NCBI GenBank assembly: GCA_964016885.1 | Contig: OZ024740.1 | Span: 39,122,001-39,186,000, forward strand | DNA: 64,000 nt | From: Eledone cirrhosa | Taxonomy: Eukaryota | Direction: 5' to 3' | In this document: piece after piece, positions 46,301-61,300 of the stretch | Layout: the number at the start of each line of letters is the position of its first letter | Position numbering within the stretch: the first letter of the stretch is position 1 | Notes under the pieces: model-generated | Seen by the model: the letters and a program-made list of their open reading frames with translations, nothing else | What the model was told of the DNA's origin: nothing | Databases searched by the model: none | Program-made: the position numbers and the translations under genes

Positions 46301-49286
46301 TATAGTGTAGTATTGTAGCTATATAACAGTAGAATTGTAACTATATATAACAGTAGTATTGTAGCTATATAACAGTAGTATTGTAACTATATAACAGCAG
46401 TATTGTAACTATATAACAGTAGTATTGTAACTGTATGACAGTAGTATTGTAACTATATAACAGTAGTATTGTAACTATATAACAGTAGTATGGTAACTAT
46501 ATAACAGTAGTATTGTAACTATATAACAGTAGTATTGTAACTATATATAACAGTAGTATTGTAACTATATATAACAGTAGTATTGTAACTATATAACAGT
46601 AGTATTATAACTATATAACAGTAGTATTGTAACTATATAACAGTAGTATTGTAAATATATAACAGTAGTATTGTAACTATATAACAGTAGTATTGTAACT
46701 ATATAACAGTAGTATTGTAACTATATATAACAGTAGTATTGTAACTATATAACAGTAGTATTGTAACTATATAACAGTAGTAATGTAACTATATGACAGT
46801 CGTATTGCAACTATATTGTGTAGTATTGTAACTCATATATAGCAGTAGTATTTTAACTATATAGTAGCATTCTAACTATATATAACAGTAGTATTGTAAC
46901 TATATAACAGTAGTATTATAACTATATAACAGTAGTATTGTAACTATATAGTGTAGTATTGTAACTAGATATAACAGTAGTATTGTAACTATATAGTGTA
47001 GTATTGTAACTATATAGTGTAGTATTATAACTATATGACAGTAGTATTGTAACTATATAACAGTAGTATTGTAACTATATAGTGTAGTATTGCAACTATA
47101 TAGTGTAGTATTGTAACTATATAACAGTAGTATTGTAACTATATAACAGTAGTAATGTAACTATATGACAGTAGTATTGCAACTATATTGTATAGTATTG
47201 TAACTATATAACACCAGTATTGTAACTATATAGTGTAGTATTGTAACTATATAACGGTAGTATTGTAACTATATAACAGTAGTATTGTAACTATATAACA
47301 GTAGTATTGTAACTATATATAACAGTAGTATTCTAACTATATAACACTAGTATTGTAACTATATAGTGCAGTATTGTAACTATATAGTGTAGTATTTTAA
47401 CTATATGACAGTAGTATTGTAACTATATAACAGTAGTGTTGTAACTATATAGTGTAGTATTGCAACTATATAACAGTTGTATTGTAACTATATATAACAG
47501 TAGTATTCTAACTATATAACACTAGTATTGTAACTATATAACGGTAGTATTGTAACTATATAACAGTAGTATTGTAACTATATAGTGTAGTATTGCAACA
47601 ATATATTGTAGTATTGTAACTATATAACAGTAGTATTGTAACTATATAGTGTAGTATTGTAACTATATAACAGTAGTATTGCAACTATATGACAGTAGTA
47701 TTGCAACTATATAGTGTAGTATTGCAACAATATATTGTAGTATTGTAACTATATAACAGTAGTATTGCAACTATATGACAGTAGTATTGCAACTATATAG
47801 TGTAGTATTGTAACTATACAGTGTATTATTGTAACTATATAACAAAAGCATTGTAACTATATAGTGTAGTATTGTAACTATATAACAGTAGTATTGTAAC
47901 TATATAACAGTAGTATTGTAACTATATAACAGTAGTATTGTAACTATATATAACAGTAGCATTGTAACTATATAACAGTAGTATTGTAACTATATGTAAC
48001 AGTAGTATTGTAACTATATAACATTACTATTGTAACTATATAGTGTAGTATTGTAACTATATAACAGTAGTATTGTAACTATATAACAGTAGTATTGTAA
48101 TTATATAACAGTATTATTGTAACTATACAACAGTAGTATTGTAACTATATAACAGTAGTATTGTAACTATACAACAGTAGTATTGTAACTATATAATAGT
48201 AGTATTGTAACTATATAACAGTAGTATTGTAACTATATAACAGTAGTATTGTATCTATTTAACAGTAGTATTGTAACTATATAACAGTAGTATTGTAACT
48301 ATATAACAGTAGTATTGTAACTATATAACAGTAGTATTGTAAATATATAAAAGCAGTATTGTAACTATATAACAGTAGTATTGTAACTATATAACAGTAG
48401 TATTGTAAATATATGACAGTAGTATTGTAACTATATATAACAGTAGTATTGTAACTATATAACAGTAGTATTATAACTATATAACAGTAGTATTGTGACT
48501 ATATAGTTTAGTATTGTAACTAGATATGACAGTAGTATTGTAACTATATAGTGTAGTATTATAACTATATGACAGTAGTATTGTAACTATATAACAGTAG
48601 TATCGTAAATATATAGTGTAGTATTGTAACTATATAGTGTAGTATTATAACTATATGACAGTAGTATTGTAACTATATAACAGTAGTATTGTAACTATAT
48701 AGTGTAGTATTGCAACTATATAGTGTAGTATTGTAACTATATAACAGTAGTATTGTAACTATATAACAGTAGTAATGTAACTATATGACAGAAGTATTGC
48801 AACTATATTGTGTAGTATTGTAACTATACAGTGTATTTTTGTATCTATATAACAGTAGTATTGTAACTATATAACAGTAGTATTGTAACTATATAACAGT
48901 AGTATTGTAACTATATAGTGTAGTATTGTAACTATATAGTGTAGTATTTTAACTATATGACAGTAGTATTGTAAATATATAACAGTAGTGTTGTAACTAT
49001 ATAGTGTAGTATTGCAACAATATATTGTAGTATTGTAACTATATAACAGTAGTATTGTAACTATATAATGTAGTATTGTAACTATATAACAGTAGTATTG
49101 CAAATATATGACAGTAGTATTGCAACTATATTGTGTAGTATTGTAACTATACAGTGTATTATTGTAACTATATAACAGTAGTATTGTAACTATATAACAG
49201 TAGTATTGTAACTATATAACAGTAGTATTGTAACTATATAACAGTAGTATTGTAACTATATAACAGTAGTATTGTAACTATATAAC
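37383..49286. repeat. Near-identical tandem duplication, period 5,941 bp (about 37383-43323 and 43324-49264)
   Basis: The supplied ORF pairs are both offset by 5,941 (39165/45106 and 42926/48867). Markers agree: GTAGTATCATAACTGAATG 38101/44042 and CTCATATAT 40891/46832. The offset is constant throughout. Confidence 0.95.
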
Positions 49287-51169
49287 AGTAGTATTGTAAC
49301 TATATAACAGTAGTATTGTAACTATATAACAGTAGTATCGTAACTATATAATGTAGTATTGTAACTATATAACAGTAGTATTGTAACTATATATAACAGT
49401 AGTATTGTAACTATATAACAGTAGTATTGTAACTATATAACAGCAGTATTGTAACTATATAACAGTAGTATTGTAACTGTATGACAGTAGTATTGTAACT
49501 ATATAACAGTAGTAATGTAACTATATAAAAGTAGTATTGTAACTATATAACAGTAGTATTGTAACTATATAACAGTAGTATTGTAACTATATATATCAGT
49601 AGTATTGTAACTATATATAACAGTAGTATTGTAACTATATAACAGTAGTATTGTAACTATATATAACAGTAGTATTGTAACTATATATAACAGTAGTATC
49701 GTAACAATATAACAGTAATATTGTAACTATATATAACAGTAGTATTGTAACTATATAGTGAAGTATTGTAACTATATAACAGTAGTATTGTAACTATATA
49801 TAACAGTAGTATTGTAACTATATAACAGTAGTATCGTAACTAAATAACAGTAGTAATGTAACTATATAACAGTAGTATTGTAACTATATAACGGTAGTAA
49901 TGTAACTATATAGTGTAGTATTGTAACTATATAGTGTAGTATTGTAACTATATAACAGTAGTATTGTAACTATATAACAGTAGTATTGTAACTATATAAC
50001 AGTAGTATTGTAACTATATAGTAGTAGTATTTTACTATATAGTAGTATTGTAACTATATATAGCAGTAGTATTTTAAATATATAGTAGTATTCTAACTAT
50101 ATATAACAGTAGTATTGTAACTATATAGTGTAGTATTGTAACTATATAACAGTAGTATTGTAACTATATAACAGTAGTAATGTAACTATATGACAGTAGT
50201 ATTACAACTATATTGTGTAGTATTGTAACTATATATAGCAGTAGTATTTTAACTATATAGTAGTCTTCTAACTATATATAACAGTAGTATTGTAACTATA
50301 TATAACAGTAGCATTGTAACTATATAACAGTAGTATTGTAACTATATGTAACAGTAGTATTGTAACTATATAACATTACTATTGTAACTATATAGTGTAG
50401 TATTGTAACTATATAACAGTAGTATTGTAACTATATAACAGTAGTATTGTAATTATATAACAGTATTATTGTAACTATACAACAGTAGTATTGTAACTAT
50501 ATAACAGTAGTATTGTAACTATACAACAGTAGTATTGTAACTATATAATAGTAGTATTGTAACTATATAACAGTAGTATTGTAACTATATAACAGTAGTA
50601 TTGTATCTATTTAACAGTAGTATTGTAACTATATAACAGTAGTATTGTAACTATATAACAGTAGTATTGTAACTATATAACAGTAGTATTGTAAATATAT
50701 AAAAGCAGTATTGTAACTATATAACAGTAGTATTGTAACTATATAACAGTAGTATTGTAAATATATGACAGTAGTATTGTAACTATATATAACAGTAGTA
50801 TTGTAACTATATAACAGTAGTATTATAGCTATATAACAGTAGTATTGTGACTATAGAGTGTAGTATTGTAACTAGATATAACAGTAGTATTGTAACTATA
50901 TAGTGTAGTATTGTAACTATATAGTGTAGTATTATAACTATATGACAGTAGTATTGTAACTATATAACAGTAGTATTGTAAATATATAGTGTAGTATTGT
51001 AACTAAATAGTGTAGTATTATAACTATATGACAGTAGTATTGTAACTATATAACAGTAATATTGTAACTATATAACAGTAGTAATGTAACTATATGACAG
51101 AAGTATTGCAACTATATTGTGTAGTATTGTAACTATACAGTGTATTTTTGTATCTATATAACAGTAGTA

Positions 51170-54100
51170 TTGTAACTATATAACAGTAGTATTGTAACTA
51201 TATAACAGTAGTATTGTAACTATATAGTTTAGTATTGTAACTATATAGTGTAGTATTTTAACTATATGACAGTAGTATTGTAAATATATAACAGTAGTGT
51301 TGTAACTATATAGTGTAGTATTGCAACAATATATTGTAGTATTCTAACTATATAACAGTTGTATTGTAACTATATATAACAGTAGTATTCTAATAATATA
51401 ACACTAGTATTGTAACTATATAACAGTAGTATTGTAACTATATAACGGTAGTATTGTAACTATATAATGTAGTATTGCAACAATATATTGTAGTATTGTA
51501 ACTATATAACAGTAGTATTGTAACTATATAGTGCAGTATTGTAACTATATAACAGTAGTATTGCAACTATATGACAGTAGTATGGCAACTATATTGTGTA
51601 GTATTGTAACTATACAGTGTAGTATTGTAACTATATAACAGTAGTATTGTAACTATATAACAGTAGTATTGTAACTATATAACAGTAGTATTGTAACTAT
51701 ATAACAGTAGTATTGTAACTATATAACAGTAGTATTGTAACTATATAACAGTAGTATTGTAACTATATAACAGTAGTATCGTAACTATATAATGTAGTAT
51801 TGTAACTATATAACAGTAGTATTGTAACTATATATAACAATAGTATTGTAACTATATAACAGTAGTATTGTAACTATATAACAGCAGTATTGTAACTATA
51901 TAACAGTAGTATTGTAACTGTATAACAGTAGTATTGTAACTATATAACAGTAGTAATGTAACTATATAAAAGTAGTATTGTAACTATATAACAGTAGTAT
52001 TGTAACTATATAACAGTAGTATTGTAACTATATATATCAGTAGTATTGTAACTATATATAACAGTAGTATTGTAACTATATAACAGTAGTATTGTAACTA
52101 TATATAACAGTAGTATTGTAACTATATATAACAGTAGTATTGTAACAATATAACAGTAATATTGTAACTATATATAACAGTAGTATTGTAACTATATAGT
52201 GAAGTATTGTAACTATATAATAGTAGTATTGTAACTATATATAACAGTAGTATTGTAACTATATAACAGTAGTATCGTAACTAAATAAAAGTAGTAATGT
52301 AACTATATAACAGTAGTATTGTAACTATATAACGGTAGTAATGTAACTATATAACAGTAGTATTGTAACTATATAGCAGTAGTATTTTACTATATAGTAG
52401 TATTGTAACTATATATAGCAGTAGTATTTTAACTATATTGTAGTATTCTAACTATATGTAACAGTAGTATTGTAACTATATAGTGTAGTATTGTAACTAT
52501 ATAACAGTAGTATTGTAACTATATAACAGTAGTATTGTAACTATATAACAGTAGTATTGTAACTATATAGCAGTAGTATTTTACTATATAGTAGTATTGT
52601 AACTATATATAGCAGTAGTATTTTAACTATATTGTAGTATTCTAACTATATGTAACAGTAGTATTGTAACTATATAGTGTAGTATTGTAACTATATAGTG
52701 TAGTATTATAACTATATATAACAGTAGTATTCTAACTATATAACAGTAGTATTGTAACTATATAGTGTAGTATTGCAACTATATAGTGTAGTATTGTAAC
52801 TATATAACAGTAGTATTGTAACTATATAACAGTAGTAATGTAACTATATGACAGTAGTATTGCAACTATATTGTGTAGTATTGTAACTATATATAGCAGT
52901 AGTATTTTAACTATATAGTAGTATTCTAACTATATATAACAGTAGAATTGTAACTATATAACAGTAGTATTGTAACTATAAATAACAGTAGCATTGTAAC
53001 TATATAACAGTAGTATTGTAACTATATGTAACAGTAGTATTGTAACTATATAACATTACTATTGTAACTATATAGTGTAGTATTGTAACTATATAACAGT
53101 AGTATTGTAATTATATAACAGTATTATTGTAACTATACAACAGTAGTATTGTAACTATATAACAGTAGTATTGTAACTATACAACAGTAGTATTGTAACT
53201 ATATAATAGTAGTATTGTAACTATATAACAGTAGTATTGTAACTATATAACAGTAGTATTGTATCTATTTAACAGTAGTATTGTAACTATATAACAGTAG
53301 TATTGTAACTATATAACAGTAGTATTGTAACTATATGACAGTAGTATTGTAAATATATAAAAGCAGTATTGTAACTATATAACAGTAGTATTGTAACTAT
53401 ATAACAGTAGTATTGTAACTATATAGTTTAGTATTGTAACTATATAGTGTAGTATTTTAACTATATGACAGTAGTATTGTAAATATATAACAGTAGTGTT
53501 ATAACTATATAGTGTAGTATTGCAACAATATATTGTAGTATTGTAACTATATAACAGTTGTATTGTAACTATATATAACAGTAGTATTCTAACTATATAA
53601 CACTAGTATTGTAACTATATAACAGTAGTATTGTAACTATATAACGGTAGTATTGTAACTATATAATGTAGTATTGCAACAATATATTGTAGTATTGTAA
53701 CTATATAACAGTAGTATTGTAACTATATAGTGTAGAATTGTAACTATATAACAGTAGTATTGCAACTATATGACAGTAGTATGGCAACTATATTGTGTAG
53801 TATTGTAACTATACAGTGTAGTATTGTAACTATATAACAGTAGTATTGTAACTATATAACAGTAGTATTGTAACTATATAACAGTAGTATTGTAACTATA
53901 TAACAGTAGTATTGTAACTATATAACAGTAGTATCGTAACTACATAATGTAGTATTGTAACTATATAACAGTAGTATTGTAACTATATATAACAGTAGTA
54001 TTGTAACTATATAACAGTAGTATTGTAACTATATAACTGCAGTATTGTAACTATATAACAGTAGTATTGTAACTGTATAACAGTAGTATTGTAACTATAT

Positions 54101-55440
54101 AACAGTAGTAATGTAACTATATAAAAGTAGTATTGTAACTATATAACAGTAGTATTGTAACTATATAACAGTAGTATTGTAACTATATATATCAGTAGTA
54201 TTGTAACTAGATATAACAGTAGTATTGTAACTATATATAACAGTAGTATTGTAACAATATAACAGTAATATTGTAACTATATATAACAGTAGTATTGTAA
54301 CTATATAGTGAAGTATTGTAACTATATAATAGTAGTATTGTAACTATATATAACAGTAGTATTGTAACTATATAACAGTAGTATCGTAACTAAATAACAG
54401 TAGTAATGTAACTATATAACAGTAGTATTGTAACTATATAACGGTAGTAATGTAACTATATAGTGTAGTATTGTAACTATATAGTGTAGTATTGTAACTA
54501 TATAACAGTAGTATTGTAACTATATAACAGTAGTATTGTAACTATATAACAGTAGTATTGTAACTATATAGCAGTAGTATTTTACTATATAGTAGTATTG
54601 TAACTATATATAGCAGTAGTATTTTAACTATATTGTAGTATTCTAACTATATGTAACAGTAGTATTGTAACTATATAGTGTAGTATTGTAACTATATAGT
54701 GTAGTATTATAACTATATATAACAGTAGTATTCTAACTATATAACAGTAGTATTGTAACTATATAGTGTAGTATTGCAACTATATAGTGTAGTATTGTAA
54801 CTATATAACAGTAGTATTGTAACTATATAACAGTAGTAATGTAACTATATGACAGTAGTATTGCAACTATATTGTGTAGTATTGTAACTATATATAGCAG
54901 TAGTATTTTAACTATATAGTAGTATTCTAACTATATATAACAGTAGAATTGTAACTATATAACAGTAGTATTGTAACTATAAATAACAGTAGCATTGTAA
55001 CTATATAACAGTAGTATTGTAACTATATGTAACAGTAGTATTGTAACTATATAACATTACTATTGTAACTATATAGTGTAGTATTGTAACTATATAACAG
55101 TAGTATTGTAACTATATAACAGTAGTATTGTAATTATATAACAGTATTATTGTAACTATACAACAGTAGTATTGTAACTATATAACAGTAGTATTGTAAC
55201 TATACAACAGTAGTATTGTAACTATATAATAGTAGTATTGTAACTATATAACAGTAGTATTGTAACTATATAACAGTAGTATTGTATCTATTTAACAGTA
55301 GTATTGTAACTATATAACAGTAGTATTGTAACTATATAACAGTAGTATTGTAACTATATGACAGTAGTATTGTAAATATATAAAAGCAGTATTGTAACTA
55401 TATAACAGTAGTATTGTAACTATATAACAGTAGTATTGTA
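51170..55440. repeat. Imperfect tandem duplication, period about 2.0-2.2 kb
   Basis: Offset 2,199: ATATAGTTT 51222/53421 and ATGGCAAC 51582/53781. Offset 2,001: AATAACAGTAGC 52981/54982. Confidence 0.8.
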
Positions 55441-58329
55441 AATATATGACAGTAGTATTGTAACTATATATAACAGTAGTATTGTAACTATATGACAGTA
55501 GTATTATAACTATATAACAGTAGTATTGTGACTATATAGTGTAGTATTGTAACTAGATATAACAGTAGTATTGTAACTATATAGTGTAGTATTGTAACTA
55601 TATAGTGTAGTATTATAACTATATGACAGTAGTATCGTAACTATATAACAGTAGTATTGTAACTATATAGTGTAGTATTGCAACTATATAGTGTAGTATT
55701 GTAACTATATAACAGTAATATTGTAACTATATAACAGTAGTAATGTAACTATATGACAGAAGTATTGCAACTATATTGTGTAGTATTGTAACTATACAGT
55801 GTATTTTTGTATCTATATAACAGTAGTATTGTAACTATATAAAAGTAGTATTGTAACTATATATAACAGTAGTATTCTAACTATATAACACTAGTATTGT
55901 AACTATATAGTGTAGTATTGTAACTATATAGTGTAGTATTTTAACTATATGACAGTAGTATTGTAACTATATAACAGTAGTGTTGTAACTATATAGTGTA
56001 GTATTGCAACAATATATTGTAGTATTGTAACTATATAACAGTAGTATTGTAACTATATAGTGTAGTATTGTAACTATATAACAGTAGTATTGCAACTATA
56101 TGACAGTAGTATTGCAACTATATTGTGTAGTATTGTAACTATACAGTGTAGTATTGTAACTATATAACAGTAGTAATGTAACTATATAACAGTTGTATTG
56201 TAACTATATATAACAGTAGTATTCTAACTATATAACACTAGTATTGTAACTATATAACAGTAGTATTGTAACTATATAACGGTAGTATTGTAACTATATA
56301 ATGTAGTATTGCAACAATATATTGTAGTATTGTAACTATATAACAGTAGTATTGTAACTATATAGTGTAGTATTGTAACTATATAACAGTAGTATTGCAA
56401 CTATATGACAGTAGTATTGCAACTATATTGTGTAGTATTGTAACTATACAGTGTAGTATTGTAACTATATAACAGTAGTATTGTAACTATATAACAGTAG
56501 TATTGTAACTATATAACAGTAGTATTGTAACTATATAACAGTAGTATTGTAACTATATGACAGTAGTATTGTAACTATATAACGGTAGTATTGTAACTAT
56601 ATAACAGTAGTATTGTAACTATATAACAGTAGTATCGTAACTATATAATGTAGTATTGTAACTATATAACAGTAGTATTGTAACTATATATAACAGTAGT
56701 ATTGTAACTATATAACAGTAGTATTGTAACTATATAACAGCAGTATTGTAACTATATAACAGTAGTATTGTAACTGTATGACAGTAGTATTGTAACTATA
56801 TAATAGTAGTAATGTAACTATATAAAGTAGTATTGTAACTATATAACAGTAGTATTGTAACTATATAACAGTAGTATTGTAACTATATATAACAGTAGTA
56901 TTGTAACTATATATAACAGTAGTATTGTAACTATATAACAGTAGTATTGTAACTATATATAACAGTAGTATTGTAACTATATATAACAGTAGTATTGTAA
57001 CTATATAACAGTAGTATTGTAACTATATATAACAGTAGTATTGTAATTATATTGTGAAGTATTGTAACTATATAACAGTAGTATTGTAACTATATATAAC
57101 AGTAGTATTGTAACTATATAACAGTAGTATCGTAACTAAATAACAGTAGTAATGTAACTATATAACAGTAGTATTGTAACTATATAACGGTAGTAATGTA
57201 ACTATATAGTGTAGTATTGTAACTATATAGTGTAGTATTGTAACTATATAACAGTAGTATTCTAACTATATAACAGTAGTATTGTAACTATATAACAGTA
57301 GTATTGTAACTATATAGCAGTAGTATTTTACTATATAGTAGTATTGTAACTATATATAGCAGTAGTATTTTAACTATATAGTAGTATTCTAACTATATAT
57401 AACAGTAGTATTGTAACTATATATAACAGTAGTATTGTAACTATATAACAGTAGTATTGTAACTATATAACAGTAGTATTGTAACTATATATGACAGTAG
57501 TATTGTAACTATATAACAGTAGTATTGTAACTATATAACAGTAGTATTGTAACTATATAACAGTAGTAATGTAACTATATAACAGAAGCATTGTAAATAT
57601 ATAGTGTAGTATCGTAACTATATAACAGTAGTATTGTAACTATATAACAGTAGTATTGTAACTATATATAACAGTAGTATTGTAACTATATAGTGTAGTA
57701 TTGTAACTATATAACAGTAGTATTGTAACTATATATAACAGTAGTATTGTAACTATATAGTGTAGTATCGTAACTATATAACAGTAGTATTGTAACTATA
57801 TATAAGAGTAGTATTGTAACTATATAGTGTAGTATTGTAACTATATAACAGTAGTATTGTAACTATATAGTGTAGTATTGTAACTATATAACAGTAGTAT
57901 CGTAACTATATAACAGTAGTATTGTAACTATATAACAGTAGTATTGTAACTATATAACAGTAGTATTGTAACTATATAACAGTAGTATTGTAACTATATA
58001 ACAGTAGTATTGTATCTATATAACAGTAGTATTGTAACTATATAACAGTAGTATTGTAACTATATAACAGTAGTATTGTAACTATATAAGAGTAGTATTG
58101 TAACTATATAAAAGTAGTATTGTAACTATATATAACAGTAGTATTGTAACTATATAGTGTAGTATTGTAACTATATACCAGTAGTATTGTAACTATAAAA
58201 CGGTAGTATTGTAACAATATACTGTAGTATTGTAACTATATAACAGTAGTATTGTAACTATATAACGGTAGTATTTTAACTATATAACAGTAGTATTGTA
58301 ACTATATATAACAGTAGTATTGTAACTAT

Positions 58330-61300
58330 ATAACAGTAGTATTGTAACTATATAACAGTAGTATTGTAACTATATAACAGTAGCATTGTAACTATATAAC
58401 AGTAGCATTGTAACTATATAACAGTAGCATTGTAACTATATAACAGTAGTATTGTAACTATATGTAACAGTAGTATTGTAACTATATAACATTACTATTG
58501 TAACTATATAGTGTAGTATTGTAACTATATAACAGTAGTATTGTAACTTTATAACAGTAGTATTGTAATTATATAACAGTAGTATTGTAACTATACAACA
58601 GTTGTATTGTAACTATATAGTGTAGTATTGTAACTATACAACAGTAGTATTGTAACTATATAACAGTAGTATTGTATCTATTTAACAGTAGTATTGTAAC
58701 TATATAACAGTAGTATCGTAACTATATAACAGTAGTATTGTAACTATATAACAGTAGTATTGTAAATATATAACAGCAGTATTGTAACTATATAACAGTA
58801 GTATTGTAACTATATAACAGTAGTATTGTAACTATATGACAGTAGTATTGTAACTATATATAACAGTAGTATTGTAACTATATAGTGTAGTATTGTAACT
58901 ATATAACAGTAGTATTGTAACTATATAACAGTAGTATTGTAACTATATAACAGTAGTATTGTAACTATATGACAGTAGTATTGTAACTATATATAACAGT
59001 AGTATTGTAACTATATAGTGTAGTATTGTAACTATATAACAGTAGTATTGTAACTATATAACAGTAGTATTGTAACTATATAACAGTAGTTTTGTAACTA
59101 TATAACAGTTGTAATGTAACTATATAACAGTAGTATTGTAACTATATAGTGTAGTATTGTAACTATATAACAGTAGTATTGTAACTATATAACAGTAGTA
59201 TTGTAACTATATAACAATAGTATTGTAACTATATAACAGTAGTATCGTAACTATATAATGTAGTATTGTAACTATATAACAGTAGTATTGTAACTATATA
59301 TAACAGTAGTATTGTAACTATATAACAGTAGTATTGTAACTATATAACAGCAGTATTGTAACTATATAACAGTAGTATTGTAACTGTATGACAGTAGTAT
59401 TGTAACTATCTAACAGTAGTAATGTAACTATATAAAAGTAGTATTGTAACTATATAACAGTAGTATTGTAACTATATAACAGTAGTATTGTAACTATATA
59501 TAACAGTAGTATTGTAACTATATATAACAGTAGTATTGTAACTATATAACAGTAGTATTGTATCTATATATAACAGTAGTATTGTAACTATATATATAAG
59601 TAGTATTGTAACTATATAACAGTAGTATTGTAACTATATATAACAGTAGTATTGCAACTATATAGCAGTAGTATTTTACTATATAGTAGTATTGTAACTA
59701 TATATAACAGTAGTATTGTAACTATATAGCAGTAGTATTTTACTATATAGTAGTATTGTAACTATATATAGCAGTAGTATTTTAACTATATAGTAGTATT
59801 CTAACTATATATAACAGTAGTATTGTAACTATATAGTGTAGTATTGTAACTATATAGTGTAGTATTTTAACTATATGACAGTAGTATTGTAACTATATAA
59901 CAGTAGTATTGTAACTATATAACAGTAGTAATGTAACTATATAAAATTAGTATTCTAACTATATAGTGTAGTATTGCAACAATATATTGTAGTATCGTAA
60001 CTACATAACAGTAGTATTGTAACTATATAACAGTAGTATTGTAACTATATAGTGTAGTATTGTAACTATATAACAGTAGTATTGTAACTATATAACAGTA
60101 GTATTGTAACTGTATAACAGTAGTATTGTAACTATATAACAGTAGTATTGTAACTATATAGTGTAGTATTGTAACTATATAACAGTAGTATTGTAACTAT
60201 ATATAACAGTAGTATTGTAACTATATAACAGTAGTATTGTAACTATTTAACAGCAGTATTGTAAATATATAACAGTAGTATTGTAACTGTATGACAGTAG
60301 TAATGTAACTATATAGTGTAGTATTGTAACTATATAGTGTAGTATTGTAACTATATAACAGTAGTATTGTAACTATATAACAGTAGTATTGTAACTATAT
60401 AACAGTAGTATTGTAACTATATAACAGTAGTATTGTAACTATATATAACAGTAGTATTGTAACTATATAACAGTAGTATTGTAACTATATAACAGTAGTA
60501 TTGTAACTATATAACAGTAGCATTGTAACTATATAACAGTAGCATTGTAACTATATAACAGTAGCATTGTAACTATATAACAGTAGTATTGTAACTATAT
60601 GTAACAGTAGTATTGTAACTATATAACATTACTATTGTAACTATATAGTGTAGTATTGTAACTATATAACAGTAGTATTGTAACTTTATAACAGTAGTAT
60701 TGTAATTATATAACAGTAGTATTGTAACTATACAACAGTTGTATTGTAACTATATAGTGTAGTATTGTAACTATACAACAGTAGTATTGTAACTATATAA
60801 CAGTAGTATTGTATCTATTTAACAGTAGTATTGTAACTATATAACAGTAGTATCGTAACTATATAACAGTAGTATTGTAACTATATAACAGTAGTATTGT
60901 AAATATATAACAGCAGTATTGTAACTATATAACAGTAGTATTGTAACTATATAACAGTAGTATTGTAACTATATGACAGTAGTATTGTAACTATATATAA
61001 CAGTAGTATTGTAACTATATAGTGTAGTATTGTAACTATATAACAGTAGTATTGTAACTATATAACAGTAGTATTGTAACTATATAACAGTAGTATTGTA
61101 ACTATATGACAGTAGTATTGTAACTATATATAACAGTAGTATTGTAACTATATAGTGTAGTATTGTAACTATATAACAGTAGTATTGTAACTATATAACA
61201 GTAGTATTGTAACTATATAACAGTAGTTTTGTAACTATATAACAGTTGTAATGTAACTATATAACAGTAGTATTGTAACTATATAGTGTAGTATTGTAAC

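Noticed and set aside
39165-49103. Four minus-strand ORFs (82 aa and 78 aa, each twice)
   Set aside because: They are direct translations of the satellite (YIVTILLL, YIVTILH, YSYNTTVI) where point variants removed the TAG. Their repetition just reflects the 5,941-bp duplication, and there is no gene context.
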